The notes under the pieces were generated by a model, which worked only from the letters and a program-made list of their open reading frames with translations, did not search any database and was not told where the DNA came from. Of a DNA stretch of 64,000 nt, positions 53,555 to 63,845 are shown one piece after another. Position 1 is the first letter of the stretch, and the number at the start of each line of letters is the position of its first letter. Made by a program: the position numbers and the translations under genes. The stretch covers positions 17,361 through 81,360 of the forward strand of contig JAKSMG010000006.1 of the NCBI GenBank assembly GCA_024400755.1, given 5' to 3'. The stretch is from Bacteroidales bacterium. Its GTDB lineage: Bacteria > Bacteroidota > Bacteroidia > Bacteroidales > WCHB1-69.

Positions 53555-53636
53555 GCGGATGTGGCGTAATTGGTAGCCGCGCTAGACTTAGGATCTAGTG
53601 GTGTAAGCCGTGGGGGTTCGAGTCCCCCCATCCGCA
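53555..53636 (+). tRNA. tRNA-Leu (anticodon TAG), class II long variable arm
   Basis: Hand fold: acceptor GCGGATG/CATCCGC, anticodon stem CTAGA/TCTAG with loop CTTAGGA, T arm GGGGG-TTCGAGT-CCCCC. CCA is not encoded. Confidence 0.9.
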
Positions 53637-53701
53637 CGAGGGGACTAACGAGGGTTTTGGGCTCTCGTTTTTTGTTTGATATCTGACAAAAACCATTTTT
53701 A

Positions 53702-54394
53702 ATGAACATCGCAGTGATTTTGGCAGCCGGTAGCGGAAAACGACTTGGAGGAGATACCCCCAAGCAGTTTGTTACCGTTGGTCCTAAAATGGTAATCGAA
53801 TACTCTATTGAGCAGTTTCAACAGCATCCTGATATTGATGAAATTGCCGTGGTGACTTCCGCCGATTTTATGGATATTGTTAATGGCATTAAAGCCAATC
53901 CCGCCTATTCCAAATTGAAGACCGTGTTGTTGGGCGGAGCTGAACGCTATCAGTCTTCCTTGGCGGCTATTCGTCATTATGCCTGCCAACCTGAAGCGGT
54001 CTTGCTGATTCACGATGCGGCGCGGCCTTTGGTTTCCCGTCAAATTATCAATGATGTCTTGGCGATGATGAAAACGCATAATGCGGCGGTCGTGGCGATT
54101 CCAGCCACCGATACCGTTTTGTGTTCGCAAGACCATCGCTGCGTAACGGAAATCCCGCTTCGCTCCCAAATGTATTATGCTCAAACGCCTCAGGCTTTTC
54201 GCCAGAAAACGATACAGCAGGCTTTTGAAATTGGTTTGAAAGACGATCAGTTTAATCCCACGGATGATGGCGGCGTGGTGCTTCGATATTTGCCTAACGA
54301 GCCCATTGCCATCGTCAAAGGTGAATCGGTCAATAAAAAAATCACCTATCAGGACGATTTGTCGTGGTTTTCTTCACAAATTAAAAATGATTGA
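53702..54394 (+). CDS. ispD: 2-C-methyl-D-erythritol 4-phosphate cytidylyltransferase family protein
   Basis: N-terminal VILAAGSGKRLGGDTPKQF and a central IHDAARP motif. Confidence 0.75.
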   Translation: MNIAVILAAGSGKRLGGDTPKQFVTVGPKMVIEYSIEQFQQHPDIDEIAVVTSADFMDIVNGIKANPAYSKLKTVLLGGAERYQSSLAAIRHYACQPEAVLLIHDAARPLVSRQIINDVLAMMKTHNAAVVAIPATDTVLCSQDHRCVTEIPLRSQMYYAQTPQAFRQKTIQQAFEIGLKDDQFNPTDDGGVVLRYLPNEPIAIVKGESVNKKITYQDDLSWFSSQIKND

Positions 54395-55467
54395 TGATGA
54401 AAGTGGTCTCTATTGTGGGTGCGCGTCCGCAGTTCGTGAAAGCTGCCGTCATTAGTCGCCAGTGGAAAAATTGTCCTGGAGTGGAGGAGGTGTTGATTCA
54501 TACGGGACAGCATTTCGATGACAATATGTCTGAATTGTTTTTCAGGGAGATGTCCATTCCTCAGCCCAAATACAATCTTGGAATTCACACGATGGCGAAT
54601 CAGGATATGGTCAACTTGATGATGGAGCGATTGGAGCCGGTGCTGCGTGCGGAAGCTCCCGATTGGGTGGTCGTCTTCGGAGATACGAATTCTACTTTGG
54701 CAGGTGCGAAAACGGCGAAAAAGTTGGGAATTAAGTTGGCTCACGTGGAAGCGGGATTGCGTTCCTTCAACCATTTAATGCCAGAAGAATACAATAGAAT
54801 CCATACCGATCGGCTTAGCGACGTGTTGTTTTGTCCTACGCAAACCGCTGTGGATAATTTGAAAAGGGAACATCTTGATACTTCAAAGCAGAAAATAATC
54901 CTTTGCGGCGATGTGATGTACGATGCCGCTTTGTTTTACGCTTCCTCGGCACGAAAACCGCAAGTTAATTTGACTTCCGATTTTGTATTGGCAACCATCC
55001 ATCGGGGTGAAAGTGTTGATAATCCAAATATTTTACAATCTATTTTTGATGCTTTGGAGCAAATTGCGCTCCATCGGCAAGTAATTATTCCGCTTCATCC
55101 TCGCACCAAGGCAAAATTGTTGGAGATGAACTATCCATTTCAGACTTCCAAAATCACGTTTGTCAATCCTGTCGGCTATTTTGAAATGTTGTATTTGCTG
55201 CAACATTGTTCGTTGGTATTGACGGACAGTGGCGGTTTGCAAAAAGAGGCCTATTTCTTTGAAAAGAAGTGCGTGACTTTGCGCAACGAGACCGAATGGG
55301 TTGAATTGGTGGAGAATAAAGTAAACTTGCTGGCAGGAACCGAGACGGAGCAGATTTTGCGTTGTGTGCGGGAAATGTCCTCGTTGACTACAACTTTTCC
55401 AAAATCATTGTATGGAGATGGGCGTACGGCTTGTCGAATTACGGCCGCGTTACAAGAGATGATTTAG
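54391..55467 (+). CDS. wecB: UDP-N-acetylglucosamine 2-epimerase (non-hydrolysing)
   Basis: VGARPQFVK, GDTNSTLAGA, HVEAGLRS and TDSGGLQKEA motifs. Confidence 0.85.
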   Translation: MMMKVVSIVGARPQFVKAAVISRQWKNCPGVEEVLIHTGQHFDDNMSELFFREMSIPQPKYNLGIHTMANQDMVNLMMERLEPVLRAEAPDWVVVFGDTNSTLAGAKTAKKLGIKLAHVEAGLRSFNHLMPEEYNRIHTDRLSDVLFCPTQTAVDNLKREHLDTSKQKIILCGDVMYDAALFYASSARKPQVNLTSDFVLATIHRGESVDNPNILQSIFDALEQIALHRQVIIPLHPRTKAKLLEMNYPFQTSKITFVNPVGYFEMLYLLQHCSLVLTDSGGLQKEAYFFEKKCVTLRNETEWVELVENKVNLLAGTETEQILRCVREMSSLTTTFPKSLYGDGRTACRITAALQEMI

Positions 55468-55469
55468 TT

Positions 55470-56057
55470 TTATTTCCATTGTAAGGTGTTGACCAATTTT
55501 AAAAGGTCGTTGTGTAGAAAGTCAATCACCGGTTGGATGGAATCGTTGTTGGGTGGAAAGTTGAAATACAACGATCCTCTCAAAAAATGATGCGTGCTAT
55601 CGCTAACCCAAAACTGGAACGGCGTGGCCACGTCGGCACCTTTGATGTCGTAAATTTGGCCGAACATCCTGCTGTCGGGGTCGCTGATAATGGAATATTC
55701 CACGTCATCGGCCTTGACATAGTGAAATTCCACCATTTCTCGTTCTTGAATCATCCTTTCTCGAAGATTTTGATGAATCGGGAAATAGGTCATCTTCAGT
55801 TCCGCGGCAAATTTGGGATAATTAAGGTCAATCCATATTTTTCCTGAATCCTTGGGGGTAATGATTGCTTCCGCATATTGTGAAATGGCCATAGTGAATG
55901 GCAATGTGGTGTCCAAAGTGCGGTAGGTTTGTTCAGGAAGGTCAATTCGAAAATAACCCTTTGGCTTAGGGGCAATGTTTTTATTTTTCTTTTCGCAAGC
56001 TCCTAATACAAAGATTCCGATTAATAAAAAGTATAAGAAGATATTTCGATTCATCAT
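55470..56057 (-). CDS. GldD-like lipoprotein
   Basis: Lipobox VLGAC, KPKGYFRIDLP near the N-terminus, and DSTHHFLRGSLYF...TLQWK at the C-terminus. These resemble gliding-motility GldD as I recall it. Confidence 0.5.
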   Translation of the reverse strand: MMNRNIFLYFLLIGIFVLGACEKKNKNIAPKPKGYFRIDLPEQTYRTLDTTLPFTMAISQYAEAIITPKDSGKIWIDLNYPKFAAELKMTYFPIHQNLRERMIQEREMVEFHYVKADDVEYSIISDPDSRMFGQIYDIKGADVATPFQFWVSDSTHHFLRGSLYFNFPPNNDSIQPVIDFLHNDLLKLVNTLQWK

Positions 56058-56069
56058 AAATGATTTTAA

Positions 56070-58523
56070 TTATAAAGATACGACGGTGATGCCGCTGCCT
56101 CCAAGTTCCAGGGCTTCGTCGTTAAATGATTTTACTTCTTTTCGCTTAGCCAAATATTGACGAATGACGTGTCGTAAAATGCCGTTGCCTTTGCCGTGTA
56201 ATAATTTAACCTGATGAATACTCAATAATACGGCTTCGTCCAAATAGGGTTCGAGGGCTTGAATGGCCTCGTCGGCACGCATACCGCGCATATCCATCGT
56301 GCTGTCAAACTGGGCAACTTTCTTGTTCATTGCGTCGGCTAACGAACCGCCGTCTAATTTGATGCCGTTGCGTTGAACCGTGCGGGCTTCGCGTTTGCTT
56401 ATCTTGGTAACTTTACTCTTAGTTGTTCTGAAAGATACGGAATTAAAGGAAATGGTAATGTCGTCGCCGTTGAGTTGCGTAACCTCGCCCACGATTTGCG
56501 TTTCAGCCATAAAAACGGAATCTCCCACGTGCAAAGTGTTGTCTTCTTGAGTTTCCTGTTTCTTGGCTTGTGGCTTGGGTTTATGAATGGGAACTATCGG
56601 TTTGAGTGCCGGTTCATTTTCAATGGATTCTATTTCCTTGGAAAATTCTTCTTTTAGTTTAGAAATATTTTGGCGTGCTTGCTTGGTCTTATTGGGATCG
56701 GCTTTGTGTTCCTTGATTTCGCGAATGGTTTTTTCGATAACCTTGTTGGCACTTTCAATAATGCTGTTGGCTTGGTTTTTGGCTTTCTGAATGATGTCTG
56801 TGCGGTGTTTTTCCAATTCGGAAAATTTTTCGCCGTATTCGGTAATCATCTGGGCCAGTTGGTCGTCTGCGGAATTGACCAGTCGCAGCATTTTGTCGAT
56901 TTCCATTTTCTCGTTGTCGATTTGCTCCAACTTTTTCTCGTAATCGATTTGTGCCGTGCCGGTTTTGTTGACAGCTTGGTCAATGATTTCTTGTGGCAGG
57001 CCGATGGCTCTGGCAATTTCGTAGGTGAAGGAACTGCCGGGTTTCCCCATTTTTAATTTGAACAGGGGTTTCATCGCCGTCATATCAAACATCATTGCGC
57101 CGTTGACCGCCTGCTTGTGCGTGTCGGGAAAGAGTTTCAGATTGCCGTAGTGCGTGGTGATGACGCCGAAAGCACCTTTGTCGTACATAGCTTCCAAAAG
57201 GGCCTCGGCCATCGCTCCGCCGGGAAGCGGGTCGGTGCCGGAACCAAATTCATCGATTAAAAACAGCGACTTTTCGTCTAAATTTTCTACCATCGCTTTG
57301 GCATTGGTCAGGTGCGAACTATAGGTGCTCAGGTCGTTTTCTATGGATTGTTCATCGCCCATATCGATGAAAAAATGTTGAAAAATACCCATATCAGAGG
57401 TGTCTGCCATAGAGACCAACAATCCGCATTGCAGCATATATTGCAGTAAACCAATGCTTTTCAAACATACGGATTTGCCACCGGCATTGGGACCAGAGAT
57501 GATTAAAATACGTTCATCGTCCGATAATTTGATGTCTAATGCCTGTACTTTTTTCCCGCTTCCCTTGAAATTTAAAAATAAAAGCGGATGAATGGCGTTG
57601 TGCCAGTTGATTGTGCAATGGTCGAAAATGTGCGGTAAGTTGGCGTCGATGTCAATGGCAAACAGTGCCTTGGCACGAATGAAGTCGATATGGCCGATAA
57701 ATTGATGTCCCCATAAAAGATTGTCGATAGAAGGTCTGATGAAATTGGTGATTTCTGTCAGGATTCGGATGATTTCCCTGTGTTGGGCGTTGAGCAAGTC
57801 CTTGATTTCATTGTTGGCGTCAAAAACTTCCGCGGGTTCAATAAATACCGTTTGTCCCGTGGCCGATTCATCGTGGACAAATCCCTTGAGTCGGCGTTTG
57901 AATTGGGCGGAAACCGGAATGCAGAGGCGGCCGTTTCGGACGGTCATTTCCGCGTCTTCCTTGGCAATGCCGTCCTGTTTTGCGGCATTGAGCAGTTTGC
58001 GAATGCGCCGGTCCGCTTCCCCTGAAATGCGGTTGATTTCGCTTTTGATGCGCCGAAGTTCGTCTGAAGCATTGTCGCGCAGCTGCCCTTTGGGGTCAAG
58101 AATTTTATTGATGGCCTCCACGATGCCTTTCTCGGGCATAATGTCTTGGCAGATGGTCCAAAGTCTCGGAAATTTGTTGTCTTCCTTTCTGATTTTAAAA
58201 TAAACAAAAATCTGAATGATCGCATTGATGAAAGCTCGTAATGCGGCCAATTCATCCAACTCAATAAAGGTGCCTTCAATCCGGATGCGTGACAAAACTT
58301 CACGAAGATCGTAATAGTCTTGTGCGGGAAATGGGTCTTCAAATGATAATACCTGCTTGAATTCATTGGTTTCTTGGAGCCATCGTTCAATTTCGTCAAA
58401 AGAGGATGAATAGGAAAGCTCATCTACCATTTCTTTTCCCATATCGCTGATACAATGAGATTTAATGTATTGCCGAATATGGTCGAAGCCGATTTTTTCT
58501 TCAAATGTCGCAGGATAAATCAT
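56070..58523 (-). CDS. mutS2: endonuclease MutS2 (MutS domain V plus Smr)
   Basis: GPNAGGKS Walker A and DEFGSGTDP. The C-terminal Smr domain has LHGKGNGILR. The start is set at the internal Met (MIYPATFEEK). Confidence 0.9.
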   Translation of the reverse strand: MIYPATFEEKIGFDHIRQYIKSHCISDMGKEMVDELSYSSSFDEIERWLQETNEFKQVLSFEDPFPAQDYYDLREVLSRIRIEGTFIELDELAALRAFINAIIQIFVYFKIRKEDNKFPRLWTICQDIMPEKGIVEAINKILDPKGQLRDNASDELRRIKSEINRISGEADRRIRKLLNAAKQDGIAKEDAEMTVRNGRLCIPVSAQFKRRLKGFVHDESATGQTVFIEPAEVFDANNEIKDLLNAQHREIIRILTEITNFIRPSIDNLLWGHQFIGHIDFIRAKALFAIDIDANLPHIFDHCTINWHNAIHPLLFLNFKGSGKKVQALDIKLSDDERILIISGPNAGGKSVCLKSIGLLQYMLQCGLLVSMADTSDMGIFQHFFIDMGDEQSIENDLSTYSSHLTNAKAMVENLDEKSLFLIDEFGSGTDPLPGGAMAEALLEAMYDKGAFGVITTHYGNLKLFPDTHKQAVNGAMMFDMTAMKPLFKLKMGKPGSSFTYEIARAIGLPQEIIDQAVNKTGTAQIDYEKKLEQIDNEKMEIDKMLRLVNSADDQLAQMITEYGEKFSELEKHRTDIIQKAKNQANSIIESANKVIEKTIREIKEHKADPNKTKQARQNISKLKEEFSKEIESIENEPALKPIVPIHKPKPQAKKQETQEDNTLHVGDSVFMAETQIVGEVTQLNGDDITISFNSVSFRTTKSKVTKISKREARTVQRNGIKLDGGSLADAMNKKVAQFDSTMDMRGMRADEAIQALEPYLDEAVLLSIHQVKLLHGKGNGILRHVIRQYLAKRKEVKSFNDEALELGGSGITVVSL

Positions 58524-58597
58524 TAATTGAAAATTAGAATGCAAAATTACAAATAAAAGTGTAACAACAGCGATTTGTCACGTTATAGTGACTTTTC

Positions 58598-59551
58598 CTA
58601 TTGCCGCTGTTTGACCCATTCAAAAATACTACTACTCAAATGGCAATAGCCATTGGGGTTTTTGTCCAAATAGTCCTGATGGTATTCTTCAGCAGTATAA
58701 AAACATTGAAGTGGAAGGAGTTCGACCAACAATTTTGTCCCTAATGAGCGTTCTTCTTGTTCAAAAATAGTTTTAATGATGGACAGATCCTTGTCGTTTT
58801 TATAGTAAACGCCTGTTCTATAGCGAGTTCCTTTGTCTTCGCCTTGCTGGTTTAAACTCAATGGGTCGATAATCTTAAAGTATAGTTGGGTGAGTTCTGC
58901 CAACGAAACCACTTTTGGCAGGTAGCGTACGTGCACACATTCGGCATGACCTGTGGTGTCGGTATAGACTTCTTTGTAAGTGGGATTTTCGGTGTTTCCA
59001 TTGACAAATCCGACTTCTGTAAAAATGACGCCTTTTACCAATTTGAAAAATTTCTGCGCTCCCCAAAAGCAGCCAGCGGCAAACCAAATGTCTTGTTCTT
59101 CAGGGTACAAAAAGCTGACGATTTGCTCTAGGTATTTTTCGTCGATGGCGTCGAAGGTGTTGAGTTCGCGGCTGTCGATGTCCAAAACGGCGACAATTTC
59201 ATTATTTCTCCATACGGGAACCACGATTTCGCTACGTGATTCGGAAGAGCATGCAATGTGGCCGGGAAATTGTTCGACATCAGGCACGATGATGGTGTGT
59301 GCCGCTGCCCAAGCCGTGCCGCAAACGCCTTTGCCGTGGGCAATGCGCGTGCAGGCAATGGGTCCCTGAAACGGTCCTAATACCAACTGCCTATCCATCA
59401 CACGATAAAACCCCGTCCACCAAAAGCCAAATTCCTGTTGCAGAATGGCTGACAGGTTGGCCATTTGGGCGATTTCGTCAGTTTCGTCTTCCAATAACGA
59501 TTGAATGATCGGAAGTAAGGCTTTGTATTTTTCTTCTTTGCTGATAGACAT
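58598..59551 (-). CDS. msrA: fusion of a GAF-domain free-Met-R-sulfoxide reductase-like domain with peptide methionine-S-sulfoxide reductase MsrA
   Basis: N-terminal GAF (YebR-like) domain. The C-terminal MsrA domain has the GCFWG active site. Confidence 0.85.
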   Translation of the reverse strand: MSISKEEKYKALLPIIQSLLEDETDEIAQMANLSAILQQEFGFWWTGFYRVMDRQLVLGPFQGPIACTRIAHGKGVCGTAWAAAHTIIVPDVEQFPGHIACSSESRSEIVVPVWRNNEIVAVLDIDSRELNTFDAIDEKYLEQIVSFLYPEEQDIWFAAGCFWGAQKFFKLVKGVIFTEVGFVNGNTENPTYKEVYTDTTGHAECVHVRYLPKVVSLAELTQLYFKIIDPLSLNQQGEDKGTRYRTGVYYKNDKDLSIIKTIFEQEERSLGTKLLVELLPLQCFYTAEEYHQDYLDKNPNGYCHLSSSIFEWVKQRQ

Positions 59552-59577
59552 AAAATTAGATCTTTGAATTTTTGAAA

Positions 59578-61305
59578 TTATTTTACCAAAGTGTAGTCAA
59601 TAAACCAATTTTCGATGTGAATCTGGTCGTCTTCTACATTAAGATACCAAGAAGAAAAGACAATGCAGGTGCTGTCTGTTGTGTAAATGAGCAATTCTTC
59701 GGCATGACAATCGCACCAGGCTTCGGTAATGGGAGTCCCCGGTACGTATCCGCATTTCTTTAATTGGGTTTCCAAGATTTGATCCAGAATCTGATTAGTT
59801 TTCATATCCTTGAATTGCTCAATGTGAGCAAAACTCGGTCCATAATCATTACTTGTGATAAGGTACTGATAATCTTCGATGGGTAATTTATAGTCTTTGG
59901 AGGGCAAATGTACCCAAAATTTTGTCTGGTCTTCTTCTTCATTGATGGCAGGTTCGGAATATTGGGTTGCATAGGCCACGGTCTTTGGACTGAGATTCTT
60001 CAAATAATCATCAGCGGACCGAATATTGAAGAATTTACCCAGGGATTTTTCACTTTCAAAGTCCGCTTCATCTTCAATATACCTTAATGATTGATAGATA
60101 GTTCGATGTTCTTTGAGATGCAGTGTGTCGTCAGCTGTTTTCAGGTCTGTTCGCAGCATTTTGTGGTCATCCAACATGCCAATCTGTTTGGCGGTATTTC
60201 GAACGCGTTCCACTTGCGAGTAAAGGGCAATTTGTTTGGCGGAAATAGGAGGAATGCAGATGCTGAGCAAAAAGAGGATGGCAGCGCTCAGGGTGAGGAT
60301 AAAATATCCTTTTTTATTCTTAAATAAGAATAGAATAAAGTATAATGTCATGAGTAAACCACAGACTATGAGATAAAAACGCCATGTGGTGAGTCCGTAA
60401 TCGGAAATTCGCCTGGCAGTGCCTATCCAGAACATTACCAGAAGTGGCAGTGCAAACCAGCTGAAATTCCGGTAGAACCAATGAAATGGCTTTTTGTCGC
60501 AGAAATGCTGCATCATCTGGCCAAACATTGCCACCAGGCCGAAGATGAATATCATAATGGATATCATTCCTTTGGGTAAAGTCCATGTTACCAATATCTT
60601 GACGGCGTAAACGTATAAAATGATAGTATAGATAAGCAGGGCAGGGGTGAGCACCCAATTCAGGATGGCTTTCAGAAACCTGCTCATTTGAAATGTTTTG
60701 GCGCTATCTTCCATAGTGAAAAACAGCATCGGCATAATCAATACAAAGACAATATAGGCCATGTTGATTGACATGGTATATTCTTTATTTCCGGGTAAAT
60801 CAAAAATAAAAATGAAAGAATTAATGATTAAGAAGTAGAGCAGATAAATGACCCCTGCGCAAAAAGCAGCCAAAACGGCGGAACGTGCCATGACGGCATT
60901 GCGCTCGATAAAGTCCTCATTGTGAGACAAAAAAGCTCGAATAAACATCCAAAGAAAGAAGACAATCAGCAGAATGTAGTAGGTATAACTATCGACAAAC
61001 TCAGGAAGTTGGGGAAATAGTAGGCAAAGAGTGCAAAGAGGGATCGGCAAGAGGTAAAGCAGAAAAAAAAGTCGATTTCTTTTCTGATAAAAGCTGAGCG
61101 AGTAGGCGGTGATGACTAAAAATGGAATGAGGGGCATTGGATAGTAAAAGCATCCTCCCTCGTGATCAATTGTCACGCCCAAAATGAATACGATGGTTGC
61201 ATAGAGCAGTAAAACAAATTCAACCGGATGTTTGGTGACGGACAGCAGCAGATTTTTGCCTATTTCTTTGATTTTACCGATAAAAATGGAAGCTTTATTG
61301 TTCAT
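59578..61305 (-). CDS. large polytopic membrane protein (DUF4153-like)
   Basis: About 10 TM helices followed by a soluble C-terminal domain. The family assignment is tentative. Confidence 0.55.
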   Translation of the reverse strand: MNNKASIFIGKIKEIGKNLLLSVTKHPVEFVLLLYATIVFILGVTIDHEGGCFYYPMPLIPFLVITAYSLSFYQKRNRLFFLLYLLPIPLCTLCLLFPQLPEFVDSYTYYILLIVFFLWMFIRAFLSHNEDFIERNAVMARSAVLAAFCAGVIYLLYFLIINSFIFIFDLPGNKEYTMSINMAYIVFVLIMPMLFFTMEDSAKTFQMSRFLKAILNWVLTPALLIYTIILYVYAVKILVTWTLPKGMISIMIFIFGLVAMFGQMMQHFCDKKPFHWFYRNFSWFALPLLVMFWIGTARRISDYGLTTWRFYLIVCGLLMTLYFILFLFKNKKGYFILTLSAAILFLLSICIPPISAKQIALYSQVERVRNTAKQIGMLDDHKMLRTDLKTADDTLHLKEHRTIYQSLRYIEDEADFESEKSLGKFFNIRSADDYLKNLSPKTVAYATQYSEPAINEEEDQTKFWVHLPSKDYKLPIEDYQYLITSNDYGPSFAHIEQFKDMKTNQILDQILETQLKKCGYVPGTPITEAWCDCHAEELLIYTTDSTCIVFSSWYLNVEDDQIHIENWFIDYTLVK

Positions 61306-61454
61306 TTCTAATTATTTTTTGATTGAAAACGCAAAGATAACATAAAAATTGTATGGTGAGGTGTTTTGAATCTAAAATTTCGTTAGTTCTTTTGAAAAGA
61401 AAATCTTGAAAATGGAGAAATGGTGATTCTGTTTTTTTATACAAACAAAAGATG

Positions 61455-61462
61455 TATTTTTG
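61455..61462 (+). promoter_or_regulatory. -7 promoter motif TATTTTTG upstream of the 61518 gene
   Basis: TAnnTTTG match 56 nt upstream of the start codon. Confidence 0.4.
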
Positions 61463-61517
61463 CAAAAGCTTAAATTTTCACATTGACTCATTGTCGTAAA
61501 CAAAACGAGGCGTTTTT

Positions 61518-62969
61518 ATGGAGCAATTTTTTCAACGACATCGCAAAATCATTTTTATCACTGTCTTAGTGGTTTTTGCCGTGTTGTTTTCATTGCTTTC
61601 CATTACGAATTATTTTACTTTTCGAACATACGGACTGGATCTCGGCATTTATACAAAAGCCCTGTACGACTATGCGCATTTTAGAATGTGCGACAGCAGC
61701 TTTTTCCAAGAGGTGCCTATGGTTTTGTTAGGAGATCATTTTGATTTGTATTTACTGATTTTTTCCCCCTTGGTGTGGTTGTTTGGTCCGTTGACGCTAC
61801 TCATCGTGCAAATTTTGGCGGTTCTGTTTGGAGCCGTGGGCATTTATAAATTGATTCATCTTTATAGCGATACCGAAAGCATACCATTTGCCGCGATGCT
61901 CTCGTTTCTGTCCTTTTTTGGAATTTGGCACGCCTTGTCTTTCGACTACCATTCCAATGTTGTGGCGACTATGTTTTTGCCGTGGTTGTTGTATTTTTTC
62001 AAATCTCGTTGCTACGGGAAATCATCACTTATGCTGCTATTGATGGTTATTGCCAAAGAAACCATACCATTGTGGCTTTGCTTCGTCTTTATCGCCTTAC
62101 TTTGGGATTACCGCAATGACAAAAAGGCAATGGCGTGGTTGGGGGCATACACTGTTTTCTGTTTCATCTATTTGTCGGTTGTGACTTTGTGGGTGATGCC
62201 TCATTTTAATCAAGGAAGTAGTCCTGGTTTTTGGCGTTACGAGTATATGGGTTCTAATTTTAAGGAAATTGCCCTATGGATTTTATCTCATCCGATAGAA
62301 ACAATGCAAAATTTGTTCGGAATTGGCAATAATGGAAGTCTTAAAGTTGAATTTTACATTTGTGCATTGGCTTCTGGTTTGCTGCTCACCTGTTTCAAGC
62401 CAAACTACCTGATTATGCTGGTGCCCTTGATGGCGCAGAAAATGTTGTCCAGCGACCTGTTGTTTTGGGGTGTTGTACTTCAATATGGAGTGGAATTTGC
62501 CCCTGTTTTGGTTATTGCCAGTTTTATTGTCATTGCACGCATCCATCAAGAAAAGTGGCAAACCGCCCTTGTCGTTGCGACGGTACTGCTGAGTATAGGT
62601 ACGACTATATATACTGTCGATACGCCCGTTGCTCCAATTTTTCGGGAGCGATTAAGAATATATTCGGCTTCCCATTACCAACAGAATGAATTTGATATGA
62701 AGGTGGCTCGCAGAATGCTGCAACAAATTCCGAATGGTGCTTCGGTATGTGCCACGACATTCTTCACTCCCCATTTGGCCTTGCGTGACAGTATTTATAT
62801 GTTTCCGTATGGTCTTCATCATAATGCCGAATATTTCTTGGTGAAAAAAGAACATTGGTGTTATACTGAAGGCGATATGGAAATAATAGCGATGATGATT
62901 AGCGACACTTCGCGGTATGAAATTCTGGATACGGACGGGGATTTATACTTGTTGCGAAAAAAAAGATAA
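61518..62969 (+). CDS. polytopic membrane protein (DUF2079-like, glycosyltransferase-C-like topology)
   Basis: Multiple TM helices. The family assignment is tentative. Confidence 0.55.
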   Translation: MEQFFQRHRKIIFITVLVVFAVLFSLLSITNYFTFRTYGLDLGIYTKALYDYAHFRMCDSSFFQEVPMVLLGDHFDLYLLIFSPLVWLFGPLTLLIVQILAVLFGAVGIYKLIHLYSDTESIPFAAMLSFLSFFGIWHALSFDYHSNVVATMFLPWLLYFFKSRCYGKSSLMLLLMVIAKETIPLWLCFVFIALLWDYRNDKKAMAWLGAYTVFCFIYLSVVTLWVMPHFNQGSSPGFWRYEYMGSNFKEIALWILSHPIETMQNLFGIGNNGSLKVEFYICALASGLLLTCFKPNYLIMLVPLMAQKMLSSDLLFWGVVLQYGVEFAPVLVIASFIVIARIHQEKWQTALVVATVLLSIGTTIYTVDTPVAPIFRERLRIYSASHYQQNEFDMKVARRMLQQIPNGASVCATTFFTPHLALRDSIYMFPYGLHHNAEYFLVKKEHWCYTEGDMEIIAMMISDTSRYEILDTDGDLYLLRKKR

Positions 62970-63039
62970 GAAAACAAGCCGCATTTTTCTGTGGCTCGTT
63001 GGAAAAAATTTATCATTGATTGTTTTTGGAATTGATTAA

Positions 63040-63489
63040 TTACAGGAAAAAACAAGAAATGATAAGGGGAATGAAGTACATTGACGTATTGATAATTTCA
63101 CTTCGTTCTTTCTTACAAAGAACTAAGATAAAATAGGTCAATAAGGATACCGTTGCCCATATTAATGTCATTGGCAATATTATTGATGAAAATTGAATTT
63201 TGTTAAAAGCAAAAAGCCATGATAGCATTAGTGCACCAGCGTATGTTTTGACATACACGGAAAAGATGAACATTCCAATGGAAATTTTACCTTTCTTATT
63301 CAAAATGGGGTATTCCCAAAAATGTTTAATGAGGTGAATAATCAGAAATATGTAATAAATGTAGAAGATAGCAGCTGCCACAGGCCACATTATAATCATA
63401 TCAGCGATGACAACGAGAACGATGGTCGCAATTAATGCTATAAATTCAACTATGTCCTTTTTTTGAATGTATTGACGTAAATTATTCAT
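63040..63489 (-). CDS. hypothetical small membrane protein
   Basis: Four hydrophobic segments. The start is placed at the internal Met (MNNLRQY). Confidence 0.45.
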   Translation of the reverse strand: MNNLRQYIQKKDIVEFIALIATIVLVVIADMIIMWPVAAAIFYIYYIFLIIHLIKHFWEYPILNKKGKISIGMFIFSVYVKTYAGALMLSWLFAFNKIQFSSIILPMTLIWATVSLLTYFILVLCKKERSEIINTSMYFIPLIISCFFL

Positions 63490-63648
63490 AATGATTTGGA
63501 TATTAAAATGATGAGGCAAAGTTACAAAGATATTTTTTAAAAGTCAAGAAAAAAAGAAGATTTTTTTGCGAAAAAATAGCTATGATGATCAGCGAGTTTC
63601 AGCGTTTAGCCGGCAACGGAAAAGAGATACATTCCTTCGGCAAACAAT

Positions 63649-63681
63649 AAAAAAAGGACTTGCCAAAATATAACAAATCCT
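63649..63681 (-). terminator. hairpin terminator downstream of the minus-strand tRNA (T-runs on both strands)
   Basis: AGGACTTG / CAAATCCT stem (one mismatch), flanked by an A7 run upstream and a T5 run downstream on the plus strand. Confidence 0.4.
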
Positions 63682-63706
63682 TTTTCCCCACAAAAATATG
63701 AAAAGT

Positions 63707-63784
63707 TGGTGGGACGTATAGGATTTGAACCTATGACCTCTGCCGTGTGGAGGCAGCGCTCTAAACCAACTGGGCTAACGTCCC
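63707..63784 (-). tRNA. tRNA, most likely tRNA-Val (anticodon CAC); CCA encoded
   Basis: Hand fold of the reverse complement: acceptor GGGACGT/ACGTCCC, anticodon stem CTGCC/GGCAG with loop TCCACAC, T arm ATAGG-TTCAAAT-CCTAT, then A-CCA. A TATTTTTG promoter motif lies on the minus strand at 63796-63803. Confidence 0.75.
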
Positions 63785-63845
63785 ATTTGCGGCTGCAAAA
63801 ATACGAAAAAATTTTGTACTTTTGCAAGTTATTTTGAAAAAATAG

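Noticed and set aside
53488-53763. ORF-track entries overlapping the tRNA genes (53488-53763 minus strand and 63606-63863 minus strand).
   Set aside because: They are explained by the tRNA-Leu and tRNA-Val genes and their flanks, and show no coding features.
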